From positions 868,001-932,000 of the forward strand of contig CAXKVF010000073.1 in NCBI GenBank assembly GCA_964057225.1: 64,000 nt of DNA, given 5' to 3'. Shown here one piece after another: positions 15,001 through 30,100 of the stretch (its first letter is position 1; every line of letters begins with the position of its first letter). The notes beneath the pieces were generated by a model. That model did not search any database. It was given only the letters and a program-made list of their open reading frames with translations, and was not told the origin of the DNA. The stretch is from Auanema rhodensis (taxonomy: Eukaryota > Animalia > Nematoda). The translations under genes and the position numbers were made by a program.

Positions 15001-18000
15001 CATCACGTGTACATTTAATTAGCATAAATTAAAGTTCACGTAAATTTCAAAGTCATGGTTACCATGCACCAATATCAATAAAAATTTGTTTTTAGACTAA
15101 TATGGACATGGGGAATCTAATTTTGAAAACCGCATCTCTTTATCTTTCACGTGAAGCGAGTTACATACCAAGTGCACATCACGTGTACATTTAATTAGCA
15201 TAAATTAAAGTTCACGTAAATTTCAAAGTCATGGTTACCATGAACCAATATCAATAAAAATTTGTTTTTAGACTAATATGGACATGGGGAATCTAATTTT
15301 GAAAACCGCATCTCTTTATCTTTCACGTGAAGCGAGTTACATACCAAGTGCACATCACGTGTACATTTAATTAGCATAAATTAAAGTTCACGTAAATTTC
15401 AAAGTCATGGTTACCATGAACCAATATCAATAAAAATTTGTTTTTAGACTAATATGGACATGGGGAATCTAATTTTGAAAACCGCATCTCTTTATCTTTC
15501 ACGTGAAGCGAGTTACATACCAAGTGCACATCACGTGTACATTTAATTAGCATAAATTAAAGTTCACGTAAATTTCAAAGTCATGGTTACCATGCACCAA
15601 TGTCAATAAAAATTTGTTTTTAAACTAATATGGATATGGGGAATCTAATTTTGAAAACCGCATCTCTTTATCTTTCACGTGAAGCGAGTTACATACCAAG
15701 TGCACATCACGTGTACATTTAATTAGCATAAATTAAAGTTCACGTAAATTTCAAAGTCATGGTTACCATGCACCAATATCGATAAAAATTTGTTTTTAGA
15801 CTAATATGGACATGGGGAATCTAATTTTGAAAACCGCATCTCTTTATCTTTCACGTGAAGCGAGTTACATACCAAGTGCACATCACGTGTACATTTAATT
15901 AGCATAAATTAAAGTTCACGTAAATTTCAAAGTCATGGTTACCATGCACCAATATCAATAAAAATTTGTTTTTAGACTAATATGGACATGGGGAATCTAA
16001 TTTTGAAAACCGCATCTCTTTATCTTTCACGTGAAGCGAGTTACATACCAAGTGCACATCACGTGTACATTTAATTAGCATAAATTAAAGTTCACGTAAA
16101 TTTCAAAGTCATGGTTACCATGCACCAATATCAATAAAAATTTGTTTTTAAACTAATATGGATATGGGGAATCTAATTTTGAAAACCGCATCTCTTTATC
16201 TTTCACGTGAAGCGAGTTACATACCAAGTGCACATCACGTGTACATTTAATTAGCATAAATTAAAGTTCACGTAAATTTCAAAGTCATGGTTACCATGCA
16301 CCAATATCGATAAAAATTTGTTTTTAGACTAATATGGACATGGGGAATCTAATTTTGAAAACCGCATCTCTTTATCTTTCACGTGAAGCGAGTTACATAC
16401 CAAGTGCACATCACGTGTACATTTAATTAGCATAAATTAAAGTTCACGTAAATTTCAAAGTCATGGTTACCATGAACCAATATCAATAAAAATTTGTTTT
16501 TAGACTAATATGGACATGGGGAATCTAATTTTGAAAACCGCATCTCTTTATCTTTCACGTGAAGCGAGTTACATACCAAGTGCCCATCACGTGTACATTT
16601 AATTAGCATAAATTAAAGTTCACGTAAATTTCAAAGTCATGGTTACCATGCACCAATATCAATAAAAATTTGTTTTTAGACTAATATGGACATGGGGAAT
16701 CTAATTTTGAAAACCGCATCTCTTTATCTTTCACGTGAAGCGAGTTACATACCAAGTGCCCATCACGTGTACATTTAATTAGCATAAATTAAAGTTCACG
16801 TAAATTTTAAAGTCATGGTTACCATGCACCAATATCAATAAAAATTTGTTTTTAGACTAATATGGACATGGGGAATCTAATTTTGAAAACCGCATCTCGT
16901 TATCTTTCACGTGAAGCGAGTTACATACCAAGTGCACATCACGTGTACATTTAATTAGCATAAATTAAAGTTCACGTAAATTTCAAAGTCATGGTTACCA
17001 TGCACCAATATCAATAAAAATTTGTTTTTAGACTAATATGGACATGGGGAATCTAATTTTGAAAACCGCATCTCTTTATCTTTCACGTGAAGCGAGTTAC
17101 ATACCAAGTGCACATCACGTGTACATTTAATTAGCATAAATTAAAGTTCACGTAAATTTCAAAGTCATGGTTACCATGCACCAATATCAATAAAAATTTG
17201 TTTTTAAACTAATATGGATATGGGGAATCTAATTTTGAAAACCGCATCTCTTTATCTTTCACGTGAAGCGAGTTACATACCAAGTGCACATCACGTGTAC
17301 ATTTAATTAGCATAAATTAAAGTTCACGTAAATTTCAAAGTCATGGTTACCATGCACCAATATCGATAAAAATTTGTTTTTAGACTAATATGGACATGGG
17401 GAATCTAATTTTGAAAACCGCATCTCTTTATCTTTCACGTGAAGCGAGTTACATACCAAGTGCACATCACGTGTACATTTAATTAGCATAAATTAAAGTT
17501 CACGTAAATTTCAAAGTCATGGTTACCATGAACCAATATCAATAAAAATTTGTTTTTAGACTAATATGGACATGGGGAATCTAATTTTGAAAACCGCATC
17601 TCTTTATCTTTCACGTGAAGCGAGTTACATACCAAGTGCACATCACGTGTACATTTAATTAGCATAAATTAAAGTTCACGTAAATTTCAAAGTCATGGTT
17701 ACCATGAACCAATATCAATAAAAATTTGTTTTTAGACTAATATGGACATGGGGAATCTAATTTTGAAAACCGCATCTCTTTATCTTTCACGTGAAGCGAG
17801 TTACATACCAAGTGCACATCACGTGTACATTTAATTAGCATAAATTAAAGTTCACGTAAATTTCAAAGTCATGGTTACCATGAACCAATATCAATAAAAA
17901 TTTGTTTTTAGACTAATATGGACATGGGGAATCTAATTTTGAAAACCGCATCTCTTTATCTTTCACGTGAAGCGAGTTACATACCAAGTGCCCATCACGT

Positions 18001-21000
18001 GTACATTTAATTAGCATAAATTAAAGTTCACGTAAATTTCAAAGTCATGGTTACCATGCACCAATATCAATAAAAATTTGTTTTTAGACTAATATGGACA
18101 TGGGGAATCTAATTTTGAAAACCGCATCTCGTTATCTTTCACGTGAAGCGAGTTACATACCAAGTGCACATCACGTGTACATTTAATTAGCATAAATTAA
18201 AGTTCACGTAAATTTCAAAGTCATGGTTACCATGCACCAATATCAATAAAAATTTGTTTTTAGACTAATATGGACATGGGGAATCTAATTTTGAAAACCG
18301 CATCTCTCTATCTTTCACGTGAAGCGAGTTACATACCAAGTGCACATCACGTGTACATTTAATTAGCATAAATTAAAGTTCACGTAAATTTCAAAGTCAT
18401 GGTTACCATGCACCAATGTCAATAAAAATTTGTTTTTAGACTAATATGGACATGGGGAATCTAATTTTGAAAACCGCATCTCTTCATCTTTCACATGAAG
18501 CGAGTTACATACCAAGTGCACATCACGTGTACATTTAATTAGCATAAATTAAAGTTCACGTAAATTTCAAAGTCATGGTTACCATGCACCAATATCAATA
18601 AAAATTTGTTTTTAGACTAATATGGACATGGGGAATCTAATTTTGAAAACCGCATCTCTTTATCTTTCACGTGAAGCGAGTTACATACCAAGTGCACATC
18701 ACGTGTACATTTAATTAGCATAAATTAAAGTTCACGTAAATTTCAAAGTCATGGTTACCATGAACCAATATCAATAAAAATTTGTTTTTAGACTAATATG
18801 GACATGGGGAATCTAATTTTGAAAACCGCATCTCTTTATCTTTCACGTGAAGCGAGTTACATACCAAGTGCACATCACGTGTACATTTAATTAGCATAAA
18901 TTAAAGTTCACGTAAATTTCAAAGTCATGGTTACCATGAACCAATATCAATAAAAATTTGTTTTTAGACTAATATGGACATGGGGAATCTAATTTTGAAA
19001 ACCGCATCTCTTTATCTTTCACGTGAAGCGAGTTACATACCAAGTGCACATCACGTGTACATTTAATTAGCATAAATTAAAGTTCACGTAAATTTCAAAG
19101 TCATGGTTACCATGCACCAATATCAATAAAAATTTGTTTTTAGACTAATATGGACATGGGGAATCTAATTTTGAAAACCGCATCTCTTTATCTTTCACGT
19201 GAAGCGAGTTACATACCAAGTGCACATCACGTGTACATTTAATTAGCATAAATTAAAGTTCACGTAAATTTCAAAGTCATGGTTACCATGCACCAATATC
19301 AATAAAAATTTGTTTTTAGACCAATATGGACATAGGGAATCTAATTTTGAAAACCGCATCTCTTTATCTTTCAAGTGAAGCGAGTTACATACCAAGTGCA
19401 CATCACGTGTACATTTAATTAGCATAAATTAAAGTTCACGTAAATTTCAAAGTCATGGTTACCATGAACCAATATCAATAAAAATTTGTTTTTAGACTAA
19501 TATGGACATGGGGAATCTAATTTTGAAAACCGCATCTCTTTATCTTTCACGTGAAGCGAGTTACATACCAAGTGCACATCACGTGTACATTTAATTAGCA
19601 TAAATTAAAGTTCACGTAAATTTCAAAGTCATGGTTACCATGCACCAATATCAATAAAAATTTGTTTTTAGACTAATATGGACATGGGGAATCTAATTTT
19701 GAAAACCGCATCTCTTTATCTTTCAAGTGAAGCGAGTTACATACCAAGTGCACATCACGTGTACATTTAATTAGCATAAATTAAAGTTCACGTAAATTTC
19801 AAAGTCATGGTTACCATGAACCAATATCAATAAAAATTTGTTTTTAGACTAATATGGACATGGGGAATCTAATTTTGAAAACCGCATCTCTTTATCTTTC
19901 ACGTGAAGCGAGTTACATACCAAGTGCACATCACGTGTACATTCAATTAGCATAAATTAAAGTTCACGTAAATTTCAAAGTCATGGTTACCATGAACCAA
20001 TATCAATAAAAATTTGTTTTTAGACTAATATGGACATGGGGAATCTAATTTTGAAAACCGCATCTCTTTATCTTTCACGTGAAGCGAGTTACATACCAAG
20101 TGCACATCACGTGTACATTTAATTAGCATAAATTAAAGTTCACGTAAATTTCAAAGTCATGGTTACCATGCACCAATGTCAATAAAAATTTGTTTTTAGA
20201 CTAATATGGACATGGGGAATCTAATTTTGAAAACCGCATCTCTTCATCTTTCACGTGAAGCGAGTTACATACCAAGTGCACATCACGTGTACATTTAATT
20301 AGCATAAATTAAAGTTCACTTAAATTTCAAAGTCATGGTTACCATGCACCAATATCAATAAAAATTTGTTTTTAGACTAATATGGACATGGGGAATCTAA
20401 TTTTGAAAACCGCATCTCTTCATCTTTCACGTGAAGCGAGTTACATACCAAGTGCACATCACGTGTACATTTAATTAGCATAAATTAAAGTTCACGTAAA
20501 TTTCAAAGTCATGGTTACCATGCACCAATATCAATAAAAATTTGTTTTTAGACTAATATGGACATGGGGAATCTAATTTTGAAAACCGCATCTCTCTATC
20601 TTTCACGTGAAGCGAGTTACATACCAAGTGCACATCACATGTACATTTAATTAGCATAAATTAAAGTTCACGTAAATTTCAAAGTCATGGTTACCATGCA
20701 CCAATGTCAATAAAAATTTGTTTTTAGACTAATATGGACATGGGGAATCTAATTTTGAAAACCGCATCTCTTTATCTTTCACGTGAAGCGAGTTACATAC
20801 CAAGTGCACATCACGTGTACATTTAATTAGCATAAATTAAAGTTCACGTAAATTTCAAAGTCATGGTTACCATGAACCAATATCAATAAAAATTTGTTTT
20901 TAGACTAATATGGACATGGGGAATCTAATTTTGAAAACCGCATCTCTTTATCTTTCACGTGAAGCGAGTTACATACCAAGTGCACATCACGTGTACATTT

Positions 21001-24000
21001 AATTAGCATAAATTAAAGTTCACGTAAATTTCAAAGTCATGGTTACCATGCACCAATATCAATAAAAATTTGTTTTTAGACTAATATGGACATGGGGAAT
21101 CTAATTTTGAAAACCGCATCTCTTTATCTTTCACGTGAAGCGAGTTACATACCAAGTGCACATCACGTGTACATTTAATTAGCATAAATTAAAGTTCACG
21201 TAAATTTCAAAGTCATGGTTACCATGCACCAATATCAATAAAAATTTGTTTTTAGACCAATATGGACATAGGGAATCTAATTTTGAAAACCGCATCTCTT
21301 TATCTTTCAAGTGAAGCGAGTTACATACGAAGTGCACATCACGTGTACATTTAATTAGCATAAATTAAAGTTCACGTAAATTTCAAAGTCATGGTTACCA
21401 TGCACCAATATCAATAAAAATTTGTTTTTAGACTAATATGGACATGGGGAATCTAATTTTGAAAACCGCATCTCTTTATCTTTCACTTGAAGCGAGTTAC
21501 ATACCAAGTGCACATCACGTGTACATTTAATTAGCATAAGTTAAAGTTCACGTAAATTTCAAAGTCATGGTTACAATGCACCAATATCAATAAAAATTTG
21601 TTTTTAGACTAATATGGACATGGGGAATCTAATTTTGAAAACCGCATCTCTTTATCTTTCACTTGAAGCGAGTTACATACCAAGTGCACATCACGTGTAC
21701 ATTTAATTAGCATAAATTAAAGTTCACGTAAATTTCAAAGTCATGGTTACAATGCACCAATATCAATAAAAATTTGTTTTTAAACTAATATGGACATGGG
21801 GAATCTAATTTTGGAAACCGCATCTCTTTATCTTTCACGTGAAGCGAGTTACATACCAAGTGCACATCACGTGTACATTTAATTAGCATAAATTAAAGTT
21901 CACGTAAATTTCAAAGTCATGGTTACCATGCACCAATATCAATAAAAATTTGTTTTTAGACTAATATGGACATGGGGAATCTAATTTTGAAAACCGCATC
22001 TCTTTATCTTTCACGTGAAGCGAGTTACATACCAAGTGCACATCACGTGTACATTTAATTAGCATAAATTAAAGTTCACGTAAATTTCAAAGTCATGGTT
22101 ACCATGAACCAATATCAATAAAAATTTGTTTTTAGACTAATATGGACATGGGGAATCTAATTTTGAAAACCGCATCTCTTTATCTTTCACGTGAAGCGAG
22201 TTACATACCAAGTGCACATCACGTATACATTTAATTAGCATAAATTAAAGTTCACGTAAATTTCAAAGTCATGGTTACCATGAACCAATATCAATAAAAA
22301 TTTGTTTTTAGACTAATATGGACATGGGGAATCTAATTTTGAAAACCGCATCTCTTTATCTTTCACGTGAAGCGAGTTACATACCAAGTGCACATCACGT
22401 GTACATTTAATTAGCATAAATTAAAGTTCACGTAAATTTCAAAGTCATGGTTACCATGCACCAATATCAATAAAAATTTGTTTTTAAACTAATATGGACA
22501 TGGGGAATCTAATTTTGGAAACCGCATCTCTTTATCTTTCACGTGAAGCGAGTTACATACCAAGTGCACATCACGTGTACATTTAATTAGCATAAATTAA
22601 AGTTCACGTAAATTTCAAAGTCATGGTTACAATGCACCAATATCAATAAAAATTTGTTTTTAGACTAATATGGACATGGGGAATCTAATTTTGAAAACCG
22701 CATCTCTTTATCTTTCACTTGAAGCGAGTTACATACCAAGTGCACATCACGTGTACATTTAATTAGCATAAATTAAAGTTCACGTAAATTTCAAAGTCAT
22801 GGTTACAATGCACCAATATCAATAAAAATTTGTTTTTAAACTAATATGGACATGGGGAATCTAATTTTGGAAACCGCATCTCTTTATCTTTCACGTGAAG
22901 CGAGTTACATACCAAGTGCACATCACGTGTACATTTAATTAGCATAAATTAAAGTTCACGTAAATTTCAAAGTCATGGTTACCATGCACCAATATCAATA
23001 AAAATTTGTTTTTAGACTAATATGGACATGGGGAATCTAATTTTGAAAACCGCATCTCTTTATCTTTCACGTGAAGCGAGTTACATACCAAGTGCACATC
23101 ACGTGTACATTTAATTAGCATAAATTAAAGTTCACGTAAATTTCAAAGTCATGGTTACCATGAACCAATATCAATAAAAATTTGTTTTTAGACTAATATG
23201 GACATGGGGAATCTAATTTTGAAAACCGCATCTCTTTATCTTTCACGTGAAGCGAGTTACATACCAAGTGCACATCACGTATACATTTAATTAGCATAAA
23301 TTAAAGTTCACGTAAATTTCAAAGTCATGGTTACCATGAACCAATATCAATAAAAATTTGTTTTTAGACTAATATGGACATGGGGAATCTAATTTTGAAA
23401 ACCGCATCTCTTTATCTTTCACGTGAAGCGAGTTACATACCAAGTGCACATCACGTGTACATTTAATTAGCATAAATTAAAGTTCACGTAAATTTCAAAG
23501 TCATGGTTACCATGCACCAATATCAATAAAAATTTGTTTTTAAACTAATATGGACATGGGGAATCTAATTTTGGAAACCGCATCTCTTTATCTTTCACGT
23601 GAAGCGAGTTACATACCAAGTGCACATCACGTGTACATTTAATTAGCATAAATTAAAGTTCACGTAAATTTCAAAGTCATGGTTACCATGCACCAATATC
23701 AATAAAAATTTGTTTTTAGACTAATATGGACATGGGGAATCTAATTTTGAAAACCGCATCTCTTTATCTTTCAAGTGAAGCGAGTTACATACCAAGTGCA
23801 CATCACGTGTACATTTAATTAGCATAAATTAAAGTTCACGTAAATTTCAAAGTCATGGTTACCATGAACCAATATCAATAAAAATTTGTTTTTAGACTAA
23901 TATGGACATGGGGAATCTAATTTTGAAAACCGCATCTCTTTATCTTTCACGTGAAGCGAGTTACATACGAAGTGCACATCACGTGTACATTTAATTAGCA

Positions 24001-24129
24001 TAAATTAAAGTTCACGTAACTTTCAAAGTCATGGTTACCATGCACCAATATCAATAAAAATTTGTTTTTAGACTAATATGGACATGGGGAATCTAATTTT
24101 GAAAACCGCATCTCTTTATCTTTCACTTG

Positions 24130-27100
24130 AAGCGAGTTACATACCAAGTGCACATCACGTGTACATTTAATTAGCATAAATTAAAGTTCACGTAAATTTC
24201 AAAGTCATGGTTACAATGCACCAATATCAATAAAAATTTGTTTTTAGACTAATATGGACATGGGGAATCTAATTTTGAAAACCGCATCTCTTTATCTTTC
24301 ACTTGAAGCGAGTTACATACCAAGTGCACATCACGTGTACATTTAATTAGCATAAATTAAAGTTCACGTAAATTTCAAAGTCATGGTTACAATGCACCAA
24401 TATCAATAAAAATTTGTTTTTAAACTAATATGGACATGGGGAATCTAATTTTGGAAACCGCATCTCTTTATCTTTCACGTGAAGCGAGTTACATACCAAG
24501 TGCACATCACGTGTACATTTAATTAGCATAAATTAAAGTTCACGTAAATTTCAAAGTCATGGTTACCATGCACCAATATCAATAAAAATTTGTTTTTAGA
24601 CTAATATGGACATGGGGAATCTAATTTTGAAAACCGCATCTCTTTATCTTTCACGTGAAGCGAGTTACATACCAAGTGCACATCACGTGTACATTTAATT
24701 AGCATAAATTAAAGTTCACGTAAATTTCAAAGTCATGGTTACCATGAACCAATATCAATAAAAATTTGTTTTTAGACTAATATGGACATGGGGAATCTAA
24801 TTGTGAAAACCGCATCTCTTTATCTTTCACGTGAAGCGAGTTACATACCAAGTGCACATCACGTGTACATTTAATTAGCATAAATTAAAGTTCACGTAAA
24901 TTTCAAAGTCATGGTTACCATGAACCAATATCAATAAAAATTTGTTTTTAGACTAATATGGACATGGGGAATCTAATTTTGAAAACCGCATCTCTTTATC
25001 TTTCACGTGAAGCGAGTTACATACCAAGTGCACATCACGTGTACATTTAATTAGCATAAATTAAAGTTCACGTAAATTTCAAAGTCATGGTTACCATGCA
25101 CCAATATCAATAAAAATTTGTTTTTAGACTAATATGGACATGGGGAATCTAATTTTGAAAACCGCATCTCTTCATCTTTCACGTGAAGCGAGTTACATAC
25201 CAAGTGCACATCACGTGTACATTTAATTAGCATAAATTAAAGTTCACGTAAATTTCAAAGTCATGGTTACCATGAACCAATATCAATAAAAATTTGTTTT
25301 TCGACTAATATGGACATGGGGAATCTAATTTTGAAAACCGCATCTCTTTATCTTTCACGTGAAGCGAGTTACATACCAAGTGCACATCACGTGTACATTT
25401 AATTAGCATAAATTAAAGTTCACGTAAATTTCAAAGTCATGGTTACCATGCACCAATATCAATAAAAATTTGTTTTTAAACTAATATGGACATGGGGAAT
25501 CTAATTTTGAAAACCGCATCTCTTTATCTTTCACGTGAAGCGAGTTACATACCAAGTGCACATCACGTGTACATTTAATTAGCATAAATTAAAGTTCACG
25601 TAACTTTCAAAGTCATGGTTACCATGCACCAATATCAATAAAAATTTGTTTTTAGACTAATATGGACATGGGGAATCTAATTTTGAAAACCGCATCTCTT
25701 TATCTTTCACGTGAAGCGAGCTACATACTAAGTGCACATCACGTGTACATTTAATTAGCATAAATTAAAGTTCACGTAAATTTCAAAGTCATGGTTACCA
25801 TGAACCAATATCAATAAAAATTTGTTTTTATACTAATATGGAAATGAGGAATCTAATTTTGAAAACCGCATCTCTTTATCTTTCACGTGAAGCGAGTTAC
25901 ATACCAAGTGCACATCACGTGTACATTTAATTAGCATAAATTAAAGTTCACGTAAATTTCAAAGTCATGGTTACCATGCACCAATATCAATACAAATTTG
26001 TTTTTAAACTAATATGGAAATGAGGAATCTAATTTTGAAAACCGCATCTCTTTATCTTTCACGTGAAGCGAGTTACATACCAAGTGCACATCACGTGTAC
26101 ATTTAATTAGCATAAATTAAAGTTCACGTAAATTTCAAAGTCATGGTTACCATGCACCAATATCGATAAAAATTTGTTTTTAGACTAATATGGACATGGG
26201 GAATCTAATTTTGAAAACCGCATCTCTTTATCTTTCACGTGAAGCGAGTTACATACCAAGTGCACATCACGTGTACATTTAATTAGCATAAATTAAAGTT
26301 CACGTAAATTTCAAAGTCATGGTTACCATGAACCAATATCAATAAAAATTTGTTTTTAGACTAATATGGACATGGGGAATCTAATTTTGAAAACCGCATC
26401 TCTTTATCTTTCACGTGAAGCGAGTTACATACCAAGTGCACATCACGTGTACATTTAATTAGCATAAATTAAAGTTCACGTAAATTTCAAAGTCATGGTT
26501 ACCATGAACCAATATCAATAAAAATTTGTTTTTAGACTAATATGGACATGGGGAATCTAATTTTGAAAACCGCATCTCTTTATCTTTCACGTGAAGCGAG
26601 TTACATACCAAGTGCCCATCACGTGTACATTTAATTAGCATAAATTAAAGTTCACGTAAATTTCAAAGTCATGGTTACCATGCACCAATATCAATAAAAA
26701 TTTGTTTTTAAACTAATATGGATATGGGGAATCTAATTTTGAAAACCGCATCTCTTTATCTTTCACGTGAAGCGAGTTACATACCAAGTGCACATCACGT
26801 GTACATTTAATTAGCATAAATTAAAGTTCACGTAAATTTCAAAGTCATGGTTACCATGCACCAATATCGATAAAAATTTGTTTTTAGACTAATATGGACA
26901 TGGGGAATCTAATTTTGAAAACCGCATCTCTTTATCTTTCACGTGAAGCGAGTTACATACCAAGTGCACATCACGTGTACATTTAATTAGCATAAATTAA
27001 AGTTCACGTAAATTTCAAAGTCATGGTTACCATGAACCAATATCAATAAAAATTTGTTTTTAGACTAATATGGACATGGGGAATCTAATTTTGAAAACCG

Positions 27101-30100
27101 CATCTCTTTATCTTTCACGTGAAGCGAGTTACATACCAAGTGCACATCACGTGTACATTTAATTAGCATAAATTAAAGTTCACGTAAATTTCAAAGTCAT
27201 GGTTACCATGAACCAATATCAATAAAAATTTGTTTTTAGACTAATATGGACATGGGGAATCTAATTTTGAAAACCGCATCTCTTTATCTTTCACGTGAAG
27301 CGAGTTACATACCAAGTGCCCATCACGTGTACATTTAATTAGCATAAATTAAAGTTCACGTAAATTTCAAAGTCATGGTTACCATGCACCAATATCAATA
27401 AAAATTTGTTTTTAGACTAATATGGACATGGGGAATCTAATTTTGAAAACCGCATCTCGTTATCTTTCACGTGAAGCGAGTTACATACCAAGTGCACATC
27501 ACGTGTACATTCAATTAGCATAAATTAAAGTTCACGTAAATTTCAAAGTCATGGTTACCATGCACCAATATCAATAAAAATTTGTTTTTAGACTAATATG
27601 GACATGGGGAATCTAATTTTGAAAACCGCATCTCTTTATCTTTCACGTGAAGCGAGTTACATACCAAGTGCACATCACGTATACATTTAATTAGCATAAA
27701 TTAAAGTTCACGTAAATTTCAAAGTCATGGTTACCATGAACCAATATCAATAAAAATTTGTTTTTAGACTAATATGGACATGGGGAATCTAATTGTGAAA
27801 ACCGCATCTCTTTATCTTTCACGTGAAGCGAGTTACATACCAAGTGCACATCACGTGTACATTTAATTAGCATAAATTAAAGTTCACGTAAATTTCAAAG
27901 TCATGGTTACCATGAACCAATATCAATAAAAATTTGTTTTTAGACTAATATGGACATGGGGAATCTAATTTTGAAAACCGCATCTCTTTATCTTTCACGT
28001 GAAGCGAGTTACATACCAAGTGCACATCACGTGTACATTTAATTAGCATAAATTAAAGTTCACGTAAATTTCAAAGTCATGGTTACCATGCACCAATATC
28101 AATAAAAATTTGTTTTTAGACTAATATGGACATGGGGAATCTAATTTTGAAAACCGCATCTCTTCATCTTTCACGTGAAGCGAGTTACATACCAAGTGCA
28201 CATCACGTGTACATTTAATTAGCATAAATTAAAGTTCACGTAAATTTCAAAGTCATGGTTACCATGAACCAATATCAATAAAAATTTGTTTTTCGACTAA
28301 TATGGACATGGGGAATCTAATTTTGAAAACCGCATCTCTTTATCTTTCACGTGAAGCGAGTTACATACCAAGTGCACATCACGTGTACATTTAATTAGCA
28401 TAAATTAAAGTTCACGTAAATTTCAAAGTCATGGTTACCATGCACCAATATCAATAAAAATTTGTTTTTAAACTAATATGGACATGGGGAATCTAATTTT
28501 GAAAACCGCATCTCTTTATCTTTCACGTGAAGCGAGTTACATACCAAGTGCACATCACGTGTACATTTAATTAGCATAAATTAAAGTTCACGTAACTTTC
28601 AAAGTCATGGTTACCATGCACCAATATCAATAAAAATTTGTTTTTAGACTAATATGGACATGGGGAATCTAATTTTGAAAACCGCATCTCTTTATCTTTC
28701 ACGTGAAGCGAGCTACATACTAAGTGCACATCACGTGTACATTTAATTAGCATAAATTAAAGTTCACGTAAATTTCAAAGTCATGGTTACCATGAACCAA
28801 TATCAATAAAAATTTGTTTTTATACTAATATGGAAATGAGGAATCTAATTTTGAAAACCGCATCTCTTTATCTTTCACGTGAAGCGAGTTACATACCAAG
28901 TGCACATCACGTGTACATTTAATTAGCATAAATTAAAGTTCACGTAAATTTCAAAGTCATGGTTACCATGCACCAATATCAATACAAATTTGTTTTTAAA
29001 CTAATATGGAAATGAGGAATCTAATTTTGAAAACCGCATCTCTTTATCTTTCACGTGAAGCGAGTTACATACCAAGTGCACATCACGTGTACATTTAATT
29101 AGCATAAATTAAAGTTCACGTAAATTTCAAAGTCATGGTTACCATGCACCAATATCGATAAAAATTTGTTTTTAGACTAATATGGACATGGGGAATCTAA
29201 TTTTGAAAACCGCATCTCTTTATCTTTCACGTGAAGCGAGTTACATACCAAGTGCACATCACGTGTACATTTAATTAGCATAAATTAAAGTTCACGTAAA
29301 TTTCAAAGTCATGGTTACCATGAACCAATATCAATAAAAATTTGTTTTTAGACTAATATGGACATGGGGAATCTAATTTTGAAAACCGCATCTCTTTATC
29401 TTTCACGTGAAGCGAGTTACATACCAAGTGCACATCACGTGTACATTTAATTAGCATAAATTAAAGTTCACGTAAATTTCAAAGTCATGGTTACCATGAA
29501 CCAATATCAATAAAAATTTGTTTTTAGACTAATATGGACATGGGGAATCTAATTTTGAAAACCGCATCTCTTTATCTTTCACGTGAAGCGAGTTACATAC
29601 CAAGTGCCCATCACGTGTACATTTAATTAGCATAAATTAAAGTTCACGTAAATTTCAAAGTCATGGTTACCATGCACCAATATCAATAAAAATTTGTTTT
29701 TAAACTAATATGGATATGGGGAATCTAATTTTGAAAACCGCATCTCTTTATCTTTCACGTGAAGCGAGTTACATACCAAGTGCACATCACGTGTACATTT
29801 AATTAGCATAAATTAAAGTTCACGTAAATTTCAAAGTCATGGTTACCATGCACCAATATCGATAAAAATTTGTTTTTAGACTAATATGGACATGGGGAAT
29901 CTAATTTTGAAAACCGCATCTCTTTATCTTTCACGTGAAGCGAGTTACATACCAAGTGCACATCACGTGTACATTTAATTAGCATAAATTAAAGTTCACG
30001 TAAATTTCAAAGTCATGGTTACCATGAACCAATATCAATAAAAATTTGTTTTTAGACTAATATGGACATGGGGAATCTAATTTTGAAAACCGCATCTCTT

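Noticed and set aside
19243-19425. 60-aa minus-strand ORF
   Set aside because: Pure satellite sequence. A single CTAA->CCAA variant (19322) removes the usual minus-strand TAG. No protein-like features.
21179-21361. Second 60-aa minus-strand ORF
   Set aside because: Copy of the same variant monomer 11 units downstream; not a gene.
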